Positions 18,027 through 27,796 of a stretch of 64,000 nt of DNA are shown here, piece after piece. A model generated the notes under the pieces. That model was not told the DNA's origin and did not search any database. It saw nothing but the letters and a program-made list of their open reading frames with translations. A program made the position numbers and the translations under genes. The stretch's first letter is position 1; every line of letters starts with the position of its first letter. The DNA comes from an uncultured Chitinophagaceae bacterium (lineage in GTDB: Bacteria; Bacteroidota; Bacteroidia; Chitinophagales; Chitinophagaceae), in assembly GCA_937958995.1 (NCBI GenBank), contig CALGAP010000019.1:2370-66369 (forward strand), written 5' to 3'.

Positions 18027-18135
18027 GGGTTTCGGGTGCAGGGTTGCTACCGCGCTTTGTAATCGCTGTTCGAATTGAAGAACCCAAAACACGGAAACTC
18101 AAAACCAGCGAAGCAACCTGAAACCCAAAACCGGG
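18027..18135. repeat. Intergenic palindromic repeat element, copy C (longer variant)
   Basis: GGGTTTCGGGTGCAGGGTTGCTACCGCGCTTTGTAATCGCTGTTCGAATTGAAGAACCC...AACCTGAAACCCAAAACCGGG. Same orientation and core as copies A and B, with an extra ~35 nt in the right arm. Confidence 0.75.
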
Positions 18136-18143
18136 TATCTTTG
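18136..18143 (+). promoter_or_regulatory. Candidate -7 promoter box immediately upstream of mutS2
   Basis: TATCTTTG matches TAnnTTTG and ends 6 nt before the ATG at 18150. This would give a leaderless or near-leaderless mRNA. Confidence 0.35.
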
Positions 18144-18149
18144 CGCCTT

Positions 18150-20261
18150 ATGAAATTTTTTCCACCCTCGGCTTTAGTACAGCTGGAGTTTGATAAGATC
18201 AAGGCCTTGCTGGAGGAGCATTGTAACACATTATACGCCAAAGAGAAGGCGAGGGAATTACGCATACATACACGAAAAGAATATATAGAGCTGGAACTGC
18301 AGCAGAGCAATGAATACAAACTGCTGATTCAGCATGGTATGTATTTTCCCAACGACTATGTGCTCAACCTGCATAAGGAATTGCAATTGTTGGGTACAGA
18401 CGGCGCATTGTTGTCGGGCGAACAGTTTGTGCAAATCCGCAAACTGGCCGAAAGCATACAACAGGTTTTCCGTTGGTTCAATGCCGAGCGCAAACTGGCC
18501 TATCCCGCGCTGGCACAGGTAATTCAGTATACCAGGTACGAAAAGATCATCCTCGAAGAAATAGATGCTATACTGGATGAGTCGGGTAATGTGAAGGATA
18601 ACGCATCGGATGATTTATCGCGCATACGGCAAAGCCTGTACCGCCGCCGCAACGAACTGCGTAAGCTCTTTGACCGCATTTTGCAAAAATTATCAAAGTC
18701 GGGTTACACCGCCGATATAGAAGAATCATTCATGAATGGCCGCCGCGTGGTGGCCGTTTTTGCCGAACAAAAAAGACAGGTAAAAGGTATTCTGCACGGC
18801 GAAAGCGATACGCGCAAGACGGCATTCATTGAACCGGAAGAAACCATCGAGCTCAACAACGAGATTTTTGGCCTGGAAAATGACGAGCGCCGCGAAGTGT
18901 ATCGCATACTGCGCGAGCTTACCAGGAAACTCTCCGTGTATGCGCCCTTGCTGAAGACCTGGCACGATATACTGGGAGAATATGATTTCATTCGCGGTAA
19001 GGCAAAACTCGCGATTGACTACCAGGGTAACTATCCTTTGCTGAGCGATAAGGCATACCTGCATTTGGTGCAGGCCTACCATCCCTTGCTATACCTGTAT
19101 AACCAGAAATCGCAAAAGCCAACCATACCCGTTGACCTGAAGCTGGATGAAAAGCAACGCATACTGGTGATATCGGGTCCCAATGCGGGCGGTAAGACGG
19201 TGACTTTGAAGACAGTCGGCCTGCTTCAGCTAATGCTGCAAAGCGGCTTGCTGGTGCCTGCGCATCCAACGTCGCAGTTTGGCATTTTCAAGCAGATCAT
19301 GATCCATATCGGCGATACGCAAAGCCTGGAGTTTGACCTGAGTACTTACAGCGCGCACCTGCAGCATATGAAGTATTTCATTGAGCATGCGAATGGCAAG
19401 ACGCTCTTCTTCATAGACGAACTGGGTAGTGGCAGCGATCCCAATCTTGGCGGCGCCTTTGCAGAAGTGATCATGGAAGAGCTGAACCGCAAGCATGCTT
19501 TCGGCATCGTGACCACGCATTATTTGAACCTGAAGATCATGGCCAACAAAACGCCGGGCATCATCAACGGTGCTATGGCCTTCGACGAGCGCAACCTGAT
19601 GCCGCAGTATAAGCTCATGATCGACAAGCCGGGAAGCAGTTATACTTTTTCGATTGCCGAAAGGATTGGTCTTGATCCCAAACTGATCAGCCGCGCGCGC
19701 TCGCTGGTGGATGAAGGACATTTTCGCCTGGATAAACTACTGAACCGTACTGAGCAGGACTTGCGGGAAATTGAAAAGAAAGAAAAGGAGCTGAACAAGC
19801 TGATCAAAGAAAACGAGAAGCTGAAAAAGGAAATGGAAACGGTGATGAACCGCGAAAAGCACCGCCAGCAGGTAGAGTTGCTGAAACATCAAAACCGCAT
19901 ATCTGAGGAGCGCATCACCTACCTGAAAAATATGGAGCGCAAGTTGAAGCAAATTGTGATTGACTGGCGCAAGGCGGAAAACCAGGAGAATAAAAAAGAG
20001 CTGATCAAACAAATGCACGCGCTATTGTTTACGCAACAGCAACAGCAGCGCGTGGAAAAAGCGAAAAAGAACATTGATGCGAAATATGAAACTATCGACA
20101 CCGCGGTGGAAGTAGGCAGCAAAGTGCTGATGAAGAAGAATCACCAGGTGGGCGAGGTCAAAGAAATAAGAGGCAAGAAGGCGGTGGTGCAGGTGGGATT
20201 GATGCCGATTACGGTGATGATGGAAGACCTGGTGGTGGTGGCCCCCAAAGTAGAAAATTGA
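18150..20261 (+). CDS. mutS2: MutS2-family ATPase (endonuclease MutS2 homologue) lacking the C-terminal Smr domain
   Basis: MutS domain V with Walker A GPNAGGKT and Walker B FIDELGSGSDP, a long K/E-rich coiled coil, and a C-terminal KOW-like segment (GSKVLMKKNHQVGEVKEIRGKKAVVQVG). I chose the start at MKFFPPSALVQLEFDKI because the 25 upstream codons of the longer ORF (18075) lie inside repeat copy C. Confidence 0.85.
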   Translation: MKFFPPSALVQLEFDKIKALLEEHCNTLYAKEKARELRIHTRKEYIELELQQSNEYKLLIQHGMYFPNDYVLNLHKELQLLGTDGALLSGEQFVQIRKLAESIQQVFRWFNAERKLAYPALAQVIQYTRYEKIILEEIDAILDESGNVKDNASDDLSRIRQSLYRRRNELRKLFDRILQKLSKSGYTADIEESFMNGRRVVAVFAEQKRQVKGILHGESDTRKTAFIEPEETIELNNEIFGLENDERREVYRILRELTRKLSVYAPLLKTWHDILGEYDFIRGKAKLAIDYQGNYPLLSDKAYLHLVQAYHPLLYLYNQKSQKPTIPVDLKLDEKQRILVISGPNAGGKTVTLKTVGLLQLMLQSGLLVPAHPTSQFGIFKQIMIHIGDTQSLEFDLSTYSAHLQHMKYFIEHANGKTLFFIDELGSGSDPNLGGAFAEVIMEELNRKHAFGIVTTHYLNLKIMANKTPGIINGAMAFDERNLMPQYKLMIDKPGSSYTFSIAERIGLDPKLISRARSLVDEGHFRLDKLLNRTEQDLREIEKKEKELNKLIKENEKLKKEMETVMNREKHRQQVELLKHQNRISEERITYLKNMERKLKQIVIDWRKAENQENKKELIKQMHALLFTQQQQQRVEKAKKNIDAKYETIDTAVEVGSKVLMKKNHQVGEVKEIRGKKAVVQVGLMPITVMMEDLVVVAPKVEN

Positions 20262-20275
20262 GTATGGCTCATACG

Positions 20276-21019
20276 TTACAGGATTATTTCGGAAGTGCTG
20301 CGGTTGACCGTATCATATATCAATATCCCTTCACGGGTATCATCGAGTTGCGCCACCAATTGACCTTTATTATCCCAGGCGGCTGACTGACCCGCGCCTG
20401 TGAAATTGTCGGAAGGTCCCAGACTATTGCTGAGCAGCACAGTCATGTTATATTTCACGGCCATTGCTGGAAAGATCTTTACTGATCGCTCAACTCCATT
20501 GGCTGATTTGGCTACGCTGGCCACATATATGCCCGCGCCGCGCTGGTGCGCATTTTCCCAGTGCTCGGGCAAGGATGTTTCATAACAAATGCCCGGCGCA
20601 ATGCATTGGTTGTTATCCGCGTGGATGAGCACCTGCTTATTACCATTTATAAAATAAGGCAATTCATCACTGTGCAGGAATTGTTTGGCATATACCTGTC
20701 GCAGCATGCCCGGCTGAAAGATGAACATACCTATCTGAGTTCCGCCTTCTGCTTTCAGCGGACCGCCCGCAGCAATAATGATATTGTTGTGATCGCTTCT
20801 TTGCTGAAATACACCGAGTCGCTGATCATTCAAATCCATAGCCAGCTCACCAGCCAGCGTGGGTTCGTAGCTGGTGAGCGATAGCTCTGGAAAAAATATG
20901 GCATCGGCGCGCTGATCAATAGCCTGGTCAACAAATTGCAGATGCCTCACAATATTGGCTTCGATGTTTCCTGTTACCGGTTTTATTTGTGCAATGGCTA
21001 TGCGCATGCTTTTTCTCAA
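20276..21019 (-). CDS. Carbon-nitrogen hydrolase (nitrilase superfamily amidohydrolase)
   Basis: The Glu-Lys-Cys triad context is present: FFPELSL, YAKQFL, PGICYETSLPEH. Confidence 0.8.
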   Translation of the reverse strand: MRKSMRIAIAQIKPVTGNIEANIVRHLQFVDQAIDQRADAIFFPELSLTSYEPTLAGELAMDLNDQRLGVFQQRSDHNNIIIAAGGPLKAEGGTQIGMFIFQPGMLRQVYAKQFLHSDELPYFINGNKQVLIHADNNQCIAPGICYETSLPEHWENAHQRGAGIYVASVAKSANGVERSVKIFPAMAVKYNMTVLLSNSLGPSDNFTGAGQSAAWDNKGQLVAQLDDTREGILIYDTVNRSTSEIIL

Positions 21020-21024
21020 AAATA

Positions 21025-22602
21025 TTAATGCACTGCATTCTTTATTTCGTACTTAGCAGGCTCGCCGGGTTTGGGTAAAGCGTCTTTGATGAATTTGCGC
21101 AGGTCGTCATTGGCTTTTGCCAGGTCTTCTTTCCTCAAATACATCATGTGGCCGCTGCGGTAACCTTCCCAGGAGAAACGGTCTTTCAATTTACCACTTG
21201 GGTCGATATTCCACATATCATACTTGGCATTGAAATAATCGCAGGCGCCATCATAATAACCGCTTTGAATAAATACTTTGAGGTAAGGATTGGCGGCCAT
21301 GGCCTGGCGCAGGTTTTCACCGGTGCGGTCATTGCTCCTGTCCCAGGGATTCACGGGGCCAAACATATAATATTTCAGGTCGGTCTTATACTTCAACTCT
21401 TCTCGCAGGTACATATTGATGGGTGGGGTAAATGCGTGCAACCAGGTGGTAAGCTCTGAATTGAAATCGGGCGACTCGCCACCTTCGCGGCGGTCAATGC
21501 CAAGATAGCGGGAATCAAGTCTTCCTACGGTATAACCTTCTTCGCGCAGCAATTCTTTCCAGAACAACTGCGGAGATACGACCAGATTGTTTTGTAAAAT
21601 AATTTTCTCCGGCAATCCAGAATAGCGCGCTATCTTCTGCGCAATGGCTTTCTTCTTCGACTCTTCGAGAAAACCTCCGCGGGCGAGCGCTGGTATTAAT
21701 TCATTTAAAGTAAACTCTTCCACTTCGGGTAATACGGCCAGCAGGTCTTTGCCCTGCAGCGCCGGTTCCAGTTGTTTATGATACCAGGCAGTGGCTGCAT
21801 AGTACGGCAGTTTCATAGCGGCGGCCACCGGTCCGCTTCTGTCAATGCCCAGGTCGGTAGGCGAAACAAGGATCACGCCATTGAGATACATCCAATGTGC
21901 ATTTTGCAACTCAAGTGCAAGACCGGAAACCCTTGTGGTGCCATAACTTTCGCCAATCAGGAATTTCGGGCTGGCCCAACGGTTAGCGCGGCTCACGAAA
22001 GTGTTTATCCAGTCGGCGAGATATTTTATATCTGCATTGGTGCCGAAAAATTTCGAACGCTCCACCTTTTTATCAATAATCCTTGAAAAGCCTGTATTTA
22101 CAGGATCTATATACAACAGGTCGGCCACTTCAAGAATAGAGTGGGGGTTGTCTTTGAAACCATAAGGCTGAATGGGATAACCTTCGTCATCTATCTTGAG
22201 CAATTTGGGCCCGGTATAAGCAATATGCATCCATACCGAAGCTGTGCCCGGCCCGCCATTAAACGAAATCACCAAAGGGCGCGGTGCTTTGTCTTTTACG
22301 TCTGTCCGTTCGTAGTAAATATAAAATACGGCGGCAATCACTTTTCCATCATCATCCCACACAGGCTGTGTGCCGGTAGTAACACGGTAAGGAACCTTTT
22401 GTCCTTTGATGGTAACCTCGTGTTCCGTCACCACCTGGTGATCAGGATTCAGGGTGCGGCTGGGAGATGCCGGAGTTTCTTTTTCAGCAGCTGTTCTTTC
22501 TTCGCGGGCCGCTGCTGCGGCTGCAGGATTTTGCCGGGGAGCCTGCGCATTCACTATAGCAATAGCGATGCAGGCAGAAAGGGTAAGAAACCATTTTCTC
22601 AT
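21025..22602 (-). CDS. S10 family serine carboxypeptidase (secreted)
   Basis: Signal peptide, FNGGPGTASVWMH and IGESYGTTRV (GESYxG-type nucleophile elbow); 525 aa. Confidence 0.75.
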   Translation of the reverse strand: MRKWFLTLSACIAIAIVNAQAPRQNPAAAAAAREERTAAEKETPASPSRTLNPDHQVVTEHEVTIKGQKVPYRVTTGTQPVWDDDGKVIAAVFYIYYERTDVKDKAPRPLVISFNGGPGTASVWMHIAYTGPKLLKIDDEGYPIQPYGFKDNPHSILEVADLLYIDPVNTGFSRIIDKKVERSKFFGTNADIKYLADWINTFVSRANRWASPKFLIGESYGTTRVSGLALELQNAHWMYLNGVILVSPTDLGIDRSGPVAAAMKLPYYAATAWYHKQLEPALQGKDLLAVLPEVEEFTLNELIPALARGGFLEESKKKAIAQKIARYSGLPEKIILQNNLVVSPQLFWKELLREEGYTVGRLDSRYLGIDRREGGESPDFNSELTTWLHAFTPPINMYLREELKYKTDLKYYMFGPVNPWDRSNDRTGENLRQAMAANPYLKVFIQSGYYDGACDYFNAKYDMWNIDPSGKLKDRFSWEGYRSGHMMYLRKEDLAKANDDLRKFIKDALPKPGEPAKYEIKNAVH

Positions 22603-22878
22603 GACGCAGTTTTTTTTTGAAGTTACGAGGAAAAACGATTGGGGCTTTCTCTCCTCTCCATTGCACTAATGCCGGGCTTTTTACCATCTTCCCGACAAAA
22701 AAGTATTAATATGTAAAATTCTTTTCATTAGGGCGATTTAGCACAGTTACAAGAGAGTTCAGGTAGAGCAAACGATTGCGGTCACACGCTATATAATCGA
22801 AAAAGCATCAAACTTGGCAAAAAAAGTATTAAGTGTAGGTTTTGCAATCGGTTTAAATTTGGTGAAACTAATTGCTAT

Positions 22879-25800
22879 ATGGGAAAAAAGCGAATCCTTC
22901 GGGCACTCGCATTTCTGTGCGCGTACTCCCTCGCCGTGGCCACGGCATTTGCCCAGGAGAGAACAATCACCGGATCCATTTCTGATGAAGCCGGACAGCC
23001 GCTGAGCGGCGCTACCATCGCTGCCAAAGGACAGCCCAACATTAATACGGTAAGCCGGCAAGACGGCAGCTTTGAACTTCGCGTGCCGGAGTCGGTAAAG
23101 ACCCTCGTGATCTCGCACGTAGGCATGCGTGTCCGCAATGTTGATATTGTCGGCAGATCGCAGGTGATCGTCACCCTGGAGATGTCTGAAAACAACATGG
23201 ACGAAGTGGTGGTGGTAGGTTATGGTACCTCCAAAAGAGGTGACCTTACTTCATCGCAGACAACGGTAACTGCCAAGCAAATCGAAAAGACTATCAACAC
23301 CACGCTGGAGCAGGCGTTGCAAGGCCGCGCGGCGGGTGTATATATAACGCAGAACTCGGGTCAGCCGGGTGGCGGCATTTCAGTGAATATTCGCGGTATC
23401 AGTTCGCTGTCGCGCACCCAGCCCCTGTACGTGATTGACGGTGTGCAGATGCAGGCTGGTGAAGACGTATCATTTGGCAACCAGAGTACTTCCAACCCCC
23501 TGGCATCACTGAACCCCTCCGACATTGAAGACGTACAGATTTTGCAGGGTCCTTCAGCAACCGCCATCTATGGTTCGCGCGCTACCAACGGCGTTATCCT
23601 TATCACCACCAAAAGAGGTAAAGCCGGTGGTGTGAGGATCAACTATGGTTACAACTACAACCTGCAGACACCGCCCGATAGACTGGAAGTAATGAACCTG
23701 CGCCAGTATGCGCAGTTTGTGAAAGAGTATCACCAGCTGGCAGGCGGCATCACACCCGAAGAGTTTCTGGATCCCACGTTGTTGGGCGAAGGCACCGACT
23801 GGCAGAAAGAACTTTTCAACAATGCTGCGATGAACAAACACCAGCTCAGCTTCAGCGGCGGAAATAATAATACCACTTACTACGCCTCCGGCGAACTGCT
23901 CGACCAGGAAGGTGTGGCTTTGGGCTCGGGCTTTAAACGTTATGGCCTGCGCCTTAATATGGACAACAAACCCCGCGAGTGGGCAACCCTGGGCCTTAAC
24001 CTCAACGCCACGCAAACCGACGAGGTGCTCACCACGACCAACTATGGCAATGCAGAAAGCCCGCTGATCGCGAATGCGCTGCGCCTTACCCCGCAGATTC
24101 CCGTTACCAATTTCGACGGCTCATGGGGTGGCAGCGACCCGGTAAACGGTGCCAACCAGTACGCACCGGTTAACCCGATAGCACTCGCCAACTTAGTAAC
24201 TAACACCAACAGACGCAGGCAGGTGCAGGGTGGTCTTAATTTTTCAGTAAGACCCCTGGCCGGACTCACACTGCGCACGAGTGTATATGGCAGTTTTGGC
24301 GATGGATTGACTACTTACTACAATCCCACATACAGAATTTCCCAATGGCACTATAACCTTAATGCCACACTGACCAACGGTACATACCAAAGCTGGTACT
24401 GGAACTGGCTGCAACAGGTGGAGTACCAACGCAAGATTGGCAAGCACAGTTTCACCCTCATGGCCAGCCACGAAGCGCAGGAATCATCATACAAAGCTAT
24501 TGTGGTGGGCAGAGGTGGTTTCCTTACCAACGATGTGTTTGACGTAGACGCAGGCGACCCCAACACAGCCACCAACAGTGGAGGCACCTATCCGTGGGGT
24601 ATTGAATCATACCTCGGCAGGCTGACCTACAACTACGACAACCGCTATTTGCTGACGGCCACTTACCGCCGCGACGGTTCGCCATTCTTTGGTGAAAACA
24701 ACAGATGGGGTTCCTTCCCTTCGTTGTCTGTTGCCTGGCGCACCAGCCAGGAAAAATGGTGGAATCCTGAAGTCGTGAACGAATTGAAATTCCGTTTTGA
24801 AATTGGTCTTACCGGTAACCCCGGTACCGACGCCGGTATTTACTCCCGTATGGCAACCGGCGCCACACCATGGGGCACCGGCTTCCTGCCGCAGGAGTTG
24901 AAAAACGCCGATCTGCAATGGGAAGAAACCAATACCAAAAACTATGGTATCAATATCGGCTTACTCAACAATCGCTTCACCATAGAAGCCGATTACTACG
25001 ATCGTGATATCAGCAATCTGATCCTCCGCGCCTCCGTTCCCTTCTATATGGGTGCCGGCGGCGTGCCGGGTTCTGTTACCCCGCCATGGGTAAACTTCGG
25101 TACCATGAACACCAAAGGCTGGAACATCACCATCGCCAGCACTATCATGAATACCGGGGACTTCCGATGGGAGACCAACCTGAACCTTTCTCACTTCAAG
25201 ACAAAAGTGATCAGGCTCACCGCCGACCGCAAATTCCTGGCCCGCACGTCGTGGTGGATGAACAACTGGACACAATGGGCGCACGTCGGTATGGAGCCCT
25301 GGTTGTTCCGAGGCTATATTGCGGAAGGTTTGTTCCAGTCTGTTGAAGATGCTGAAAATAGCCCGAGACCTGTTGACAACAATGGCGCACCGCGCCCTGT
25401 TGACCCCAACAACGGCATTTGGGTAGGTGATGTGAAGTATAAGGACGTAGATGGCAACGGCATAATAGATGTAAACGACGAAACATTTATCGGTAACCCC
25501 TGGCCCGATCTGACCGGTGGTCTTACCAATACTTTCTCTTATAAAGGTTTTGATCTGAGCGTGCTGTTCACCGCTTCGTGGGGCAACGATATATACAACT
25601 ATATCCGCGCTGTTAACCTGAACCCGAACAACGTGAACCTGAGCCGCAACTTCCTGGTAGAAGCTTCCGACTATGCACGCGTGGTAGATGATGGTACAGG
25701 AAAAGTGATTATTCAGAATGCCGGCACCAATGTGGCACGCATTGCGAATAACCAGATAGCCAGCGACAACAACTATGGCAAAAACAGCAGCCGCTTTGTG

Positions 25801-26079
25801 GAAGATGGTTCTTATATAAGGCTGAAAAATATTTCGCTCAGCTATGCAGTGCCCCAGCGTTGGCTGCAACGAACCAAAGTGATCAGGGATATGCGCATTA
25901 CCGTAGGTGCGCAAAACGTGATTACCTGGACCAGGTACACGGGTTATGATCCTGAAGTAGGAGCCTATGTAGGAACCGGCGCCAGCGGCGGCGGACAAGG
26001 CAACCAGGCTATCGGCATCGACTTTGGCCGCTATCCTTTGACGCGTATGTATTCTGCATCTATCTCTGTAAACTTTTAA
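22879..26079 (+). CDS. SusC/RagA family TonB-linked outer membrane protein (PUL 1)
   Basis: 1066 aa with a signal peptide, a CarboxypepD_reg domain (ITGSISDEAGQPLSGATIAAKG), a TonB-box/plug (DEVVVVGYGT...), and a C-terminal barrel ending in F. Confidence 0.95.
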   Translation: MGKKRILRALAFLCAYSLAVATAFAQERTITGSISDEAGQPLSGATIAAKGQPNINTVSRQDGSFELRVPESVKTLVISHVGMRVRNVDIVGRSQVIVTLEMSENNMDEVVVVGYGTSKRGDLTSSQTTVTAKQIEKTINTTLEQALQGRAAGVYITQNSGQPGGGISVNIRGISSLSRTQPLYVIDGVQMQAGEDVSFGNQSTSNPLASLNPSDIEDVQILQGPSATAIYGSRATNGVILITTKRGKAGGVRINYGYNYNLQTPPDRLEVMNLRQYAQFVKEYHQLAGGITPEEFLDPTLLGEGTDWQKELFNNAAMNKHQLSFSGGNNNTTYYASGELLDQEGVALGSGFKRYGLRLNMDNKPREWATLGLNLNATQTDEVLTTTNYGNAESPLIANALRLTPQIPVTNFDGSWGGSDPVNGANQYAPVNPIALANLVTNTNRRRQVQGGLNFSVRPLAGLTLRTSVYGSFGDGLTTYYNPTYRISQWHYNLNATLTNGTYQSWYWNWLQQVEYQRKIGKHSFTLMASHEAQESSYKAIVVGRGGFLTNDVFDVDAGDPNTATNSGGTYPWGIESYLGRLTYNYDNRYLLTATYRRDGSPFFGENNRWGSFPSLSVAWRTSQEKWWNPEVVNELKFRFEIGLTGNPGTDAGIYSRMATGATPWGTGFLPQELKNADLQWEETNTKNYGINIGLLNNRFTIEADYYDRDISNLILRASVPFYMGAGGVPGSVTPPWVNFGTMNTKGWNITIASTIMNTGDFRWETNLNLSHFKTKVIRLTADRKFLARTSWWMNNWTQWAHVGMEPWLFRGYIAEGLFQSVEDAENSPRPVDNNGAPRPVDPNNGIWVGDVKYKDVDGNGIIDVNDETFIGNPWPDLTGGLTNTFSYKGFDLSVLFTASWGNDIYNYIRAVNLNPNNVNLSRNFLVEASDYARVVDDGTGKVIIQNAGTNVARIANNQIASDNNYGKNSSRFVEDGSYIRLKNISLSYAVPQRWLQRTKVIRDMRITVGAQNVITWTRYTGYDPEVGAYVGTGASGGGQGNQAIGIDFGRYPLTRMYSASISVNF

Positions 26080-26090
26080 TAACTCAGTAT

Positions 26091-27773
26091 ATGAACCTTC
26101 TTAATAGATACCGCTACATAGCAATAGTTGCGCTATTGATCACGGTGTTTGCTTCGTGTAAAAAGGACTTCCTGAACAAACCACCGGAAAGCTCTATTGT
26201 GGATGTGAACTTTTATAAAACCGACGAGCAGGTATTGGCGGGCACTTCATTATTGTACAGCCGCGTGTGGTTTGAATACAATGATAAGGCCCAGTACAAC
26301 CTGGGCGATTTCCGCGGCGGCACTGCCTATTCGGCCTGGGGCGACCGGGGTAATGTGATGTTTAATACTACTGGCGACAACAACGAAAATGGTACCGCCT
26401 GGCGTTCATTCTTCACCGTGGTAGCACAGGCTAACCTGGCTATTTACAATATTGAAAAATATGCCGGTGAAAATGTTTCGCCCGCCATAAAGAAAATGGC
26501 TATTGCCGAAGCCCGCTTCATGCGCGCGCTGGCATATCGCTTCCTGGTGAGCAACTGGGGGCCTGTGCCCATCGTGGAAAACAACGTGGAACAGTTGTTC
26601 GATACCACCATCCGCCGGGCCACCGTTCCGAGTGTATGGCGATACATCACCCGCGAAATGCGCGCCGCTGCAGAAGACCTGCCAGCCACTCCTTACCAGG
26701 CAGGCCGACTGACGCGCTGGTCTGCCGAGGGTATGCTGGCAAGATTCTACCTGACCCGCGCCGGCGTGGAATCATCAGGTGGTCAAAGAAAACAGGAATT
26801 TCTCGACAGCGCCAAATACTATGCTGAACGCGTCATCCAAAACAGCGGCAAGAAGCTGTTGACAAACTATGAAGATCTTTTCCGCTATCCGTACGACAAC
26901 AATGCGGAATCGCTGTTTGAATTACAATGGGAGTATGTGCCGGATGTATGGGGTATTGCTAACAGCATGCCTGAATACCTTGCCTACAACCCCGACATTT
27001 CGTTTGGCGGATGGGGCGGCGATAAAGGCGCTACCTGGTGGATGATGAGCCAGTACGAAGGCTTCAACCTGCAGCCCGACGGTACGCTGAAGGGAAGAAC
27101 CCTCGATCTGCGTTTACGCGCCACCTTTATGTTGCCCGGTTTTTATTATCCTGAAATTACCAAGGTGTCTGATGGACAAAAACTTATTTACCCGTTCAAC
27201 GGCGATGACTATAACTTCCTGGCTATCAAAAAATATGTAATTGGTTCTCCCATTGACCTGGCGGGTATAGCTGCGCAGCAGCGTTATCCCAACAACACCT
27301 ACATGTTGCGCCTCGCGGAAATGTACCTGATTTATGTGGAAGCCGTGATGGGTAATGCGCTGCAGACAACCGATGCCAAAGCCATCGAATACTTCAACCT
27401 GGTGCGCACCCGCGCTGGTCTGCCACCTTACGAAGTGGATGGCCCCAACGGCAGCGGCCCGCTCACCTGGGATAAGCTGTTCAGCGAGCGCATTAAGGAA
27501 TTTGCACTGGAAGGTATGGCCTGGTACGACCTGGTAAGCCTGCACTATTATGATCCGCAAAAGGCGTATGAAATCATCAACTCGCAAGACAGGGGATTGT
27601 TCCTGACCGAGCCCGACCAGATGCCGAATCCTACTCAGTGGACGCTGACCAAGATTTCATGGTTTGCCGAGCGACAGGTAAATGCCAACAGCGGCAACTT
27701 TCAGTTGCCCATTCCGAATGCTGAACTCAGCCAGGCGCCCAACCTGCAACTGGATCCTGTTGAATTCCCATAA
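26091..27773 (+). CDS. SusD/RagB family nutrient-binding outer membrane lipoprotein (PUL 1)
   Basis: Lipoprotein signal (VFASCKKDFLN) and SusD-like TPR scaffold motifs (EARFMRALAYRFL, RLAEMYLIYVEA). It lies immediately downstream of SusC. Confidence 0.93.
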   Translation: MNLLNRYRYIAIVALLITVFASCKKDFLNKPPESSIVDVNFYKTDEQVLAGTSLLYSRVWFEYNDKAQYNLGDFRGGTAYSAWGDRGNVMFNTTGDNNENGTAWRSFFTVVAQANLAIYNIEKYAGENVSPAIKKMAIAEARFMRALAYRFLVSNWGPVPIVENNVEQLFDTTIRRATVPSVWRYITREMRAAAEDLPATPYQAGRLTRWSAEGMLARFYLTRAGVESSGGQRKQEFLDSAKYYAERVIQNSGKKLLTNYEDLFRYPYDNNAESLFELQWEYVPDVWGIANSMPEYLAYNPDISFGGWGGDKGATWWMMSQYEGFNLQPDGTLKGRTLDLRLRATFMLPGFYYPEITKVSDGQKLIYPFNGDDYNFLAIKKYVIGSPIDLAGIAAQQRYPNNTYMLRLAEMYLIYVEAVMGNALQTTDAKAIEYFNLVRTRAGLPPYEVDGPNGSGPLTWDKLFSERIKEFALEGMAWYDLVSLHYYDPQKAYEIINSQDRGLFLTEPDQMPNPTQWTLTKISWFAERQVNANSGNFQLPIPNAELSQAPNLQLDPVEFP

Positions 27774-27796
27774 ATCTACGTTAATCATTAAACGAA

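Noticed and set aside
22610-22618. A T9 run (A9 on the coding strand) immediately upstream of the S10 carboxypeptidase start, considered as a phase-variation tract.
   Set aside because: It lies outside the coding sequence and not between promoter elements that I can identify. A-rich sequence upstream of start codons is normal for Bacteroidota translation initiation.
24961-25998. A 345-aa minus-strand ORF inside the PUL 1 SusC gene. Similar long antisense ORFs occur at 7452-8285 (in dnaE), 12382-13002 (in the SBP gene), 30563-31312 (across the IPT/GH130 genes) and 50495-51463 (in the transglutaminase-like gene).
   Set aside because: Each lies fully opposite a confidently assigned gene. Their translations are low-complexity or Arg/Gly/His-rich with no recognisable motifs. 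Such shadow ORFs are expected from the codon bias of the sense strand.
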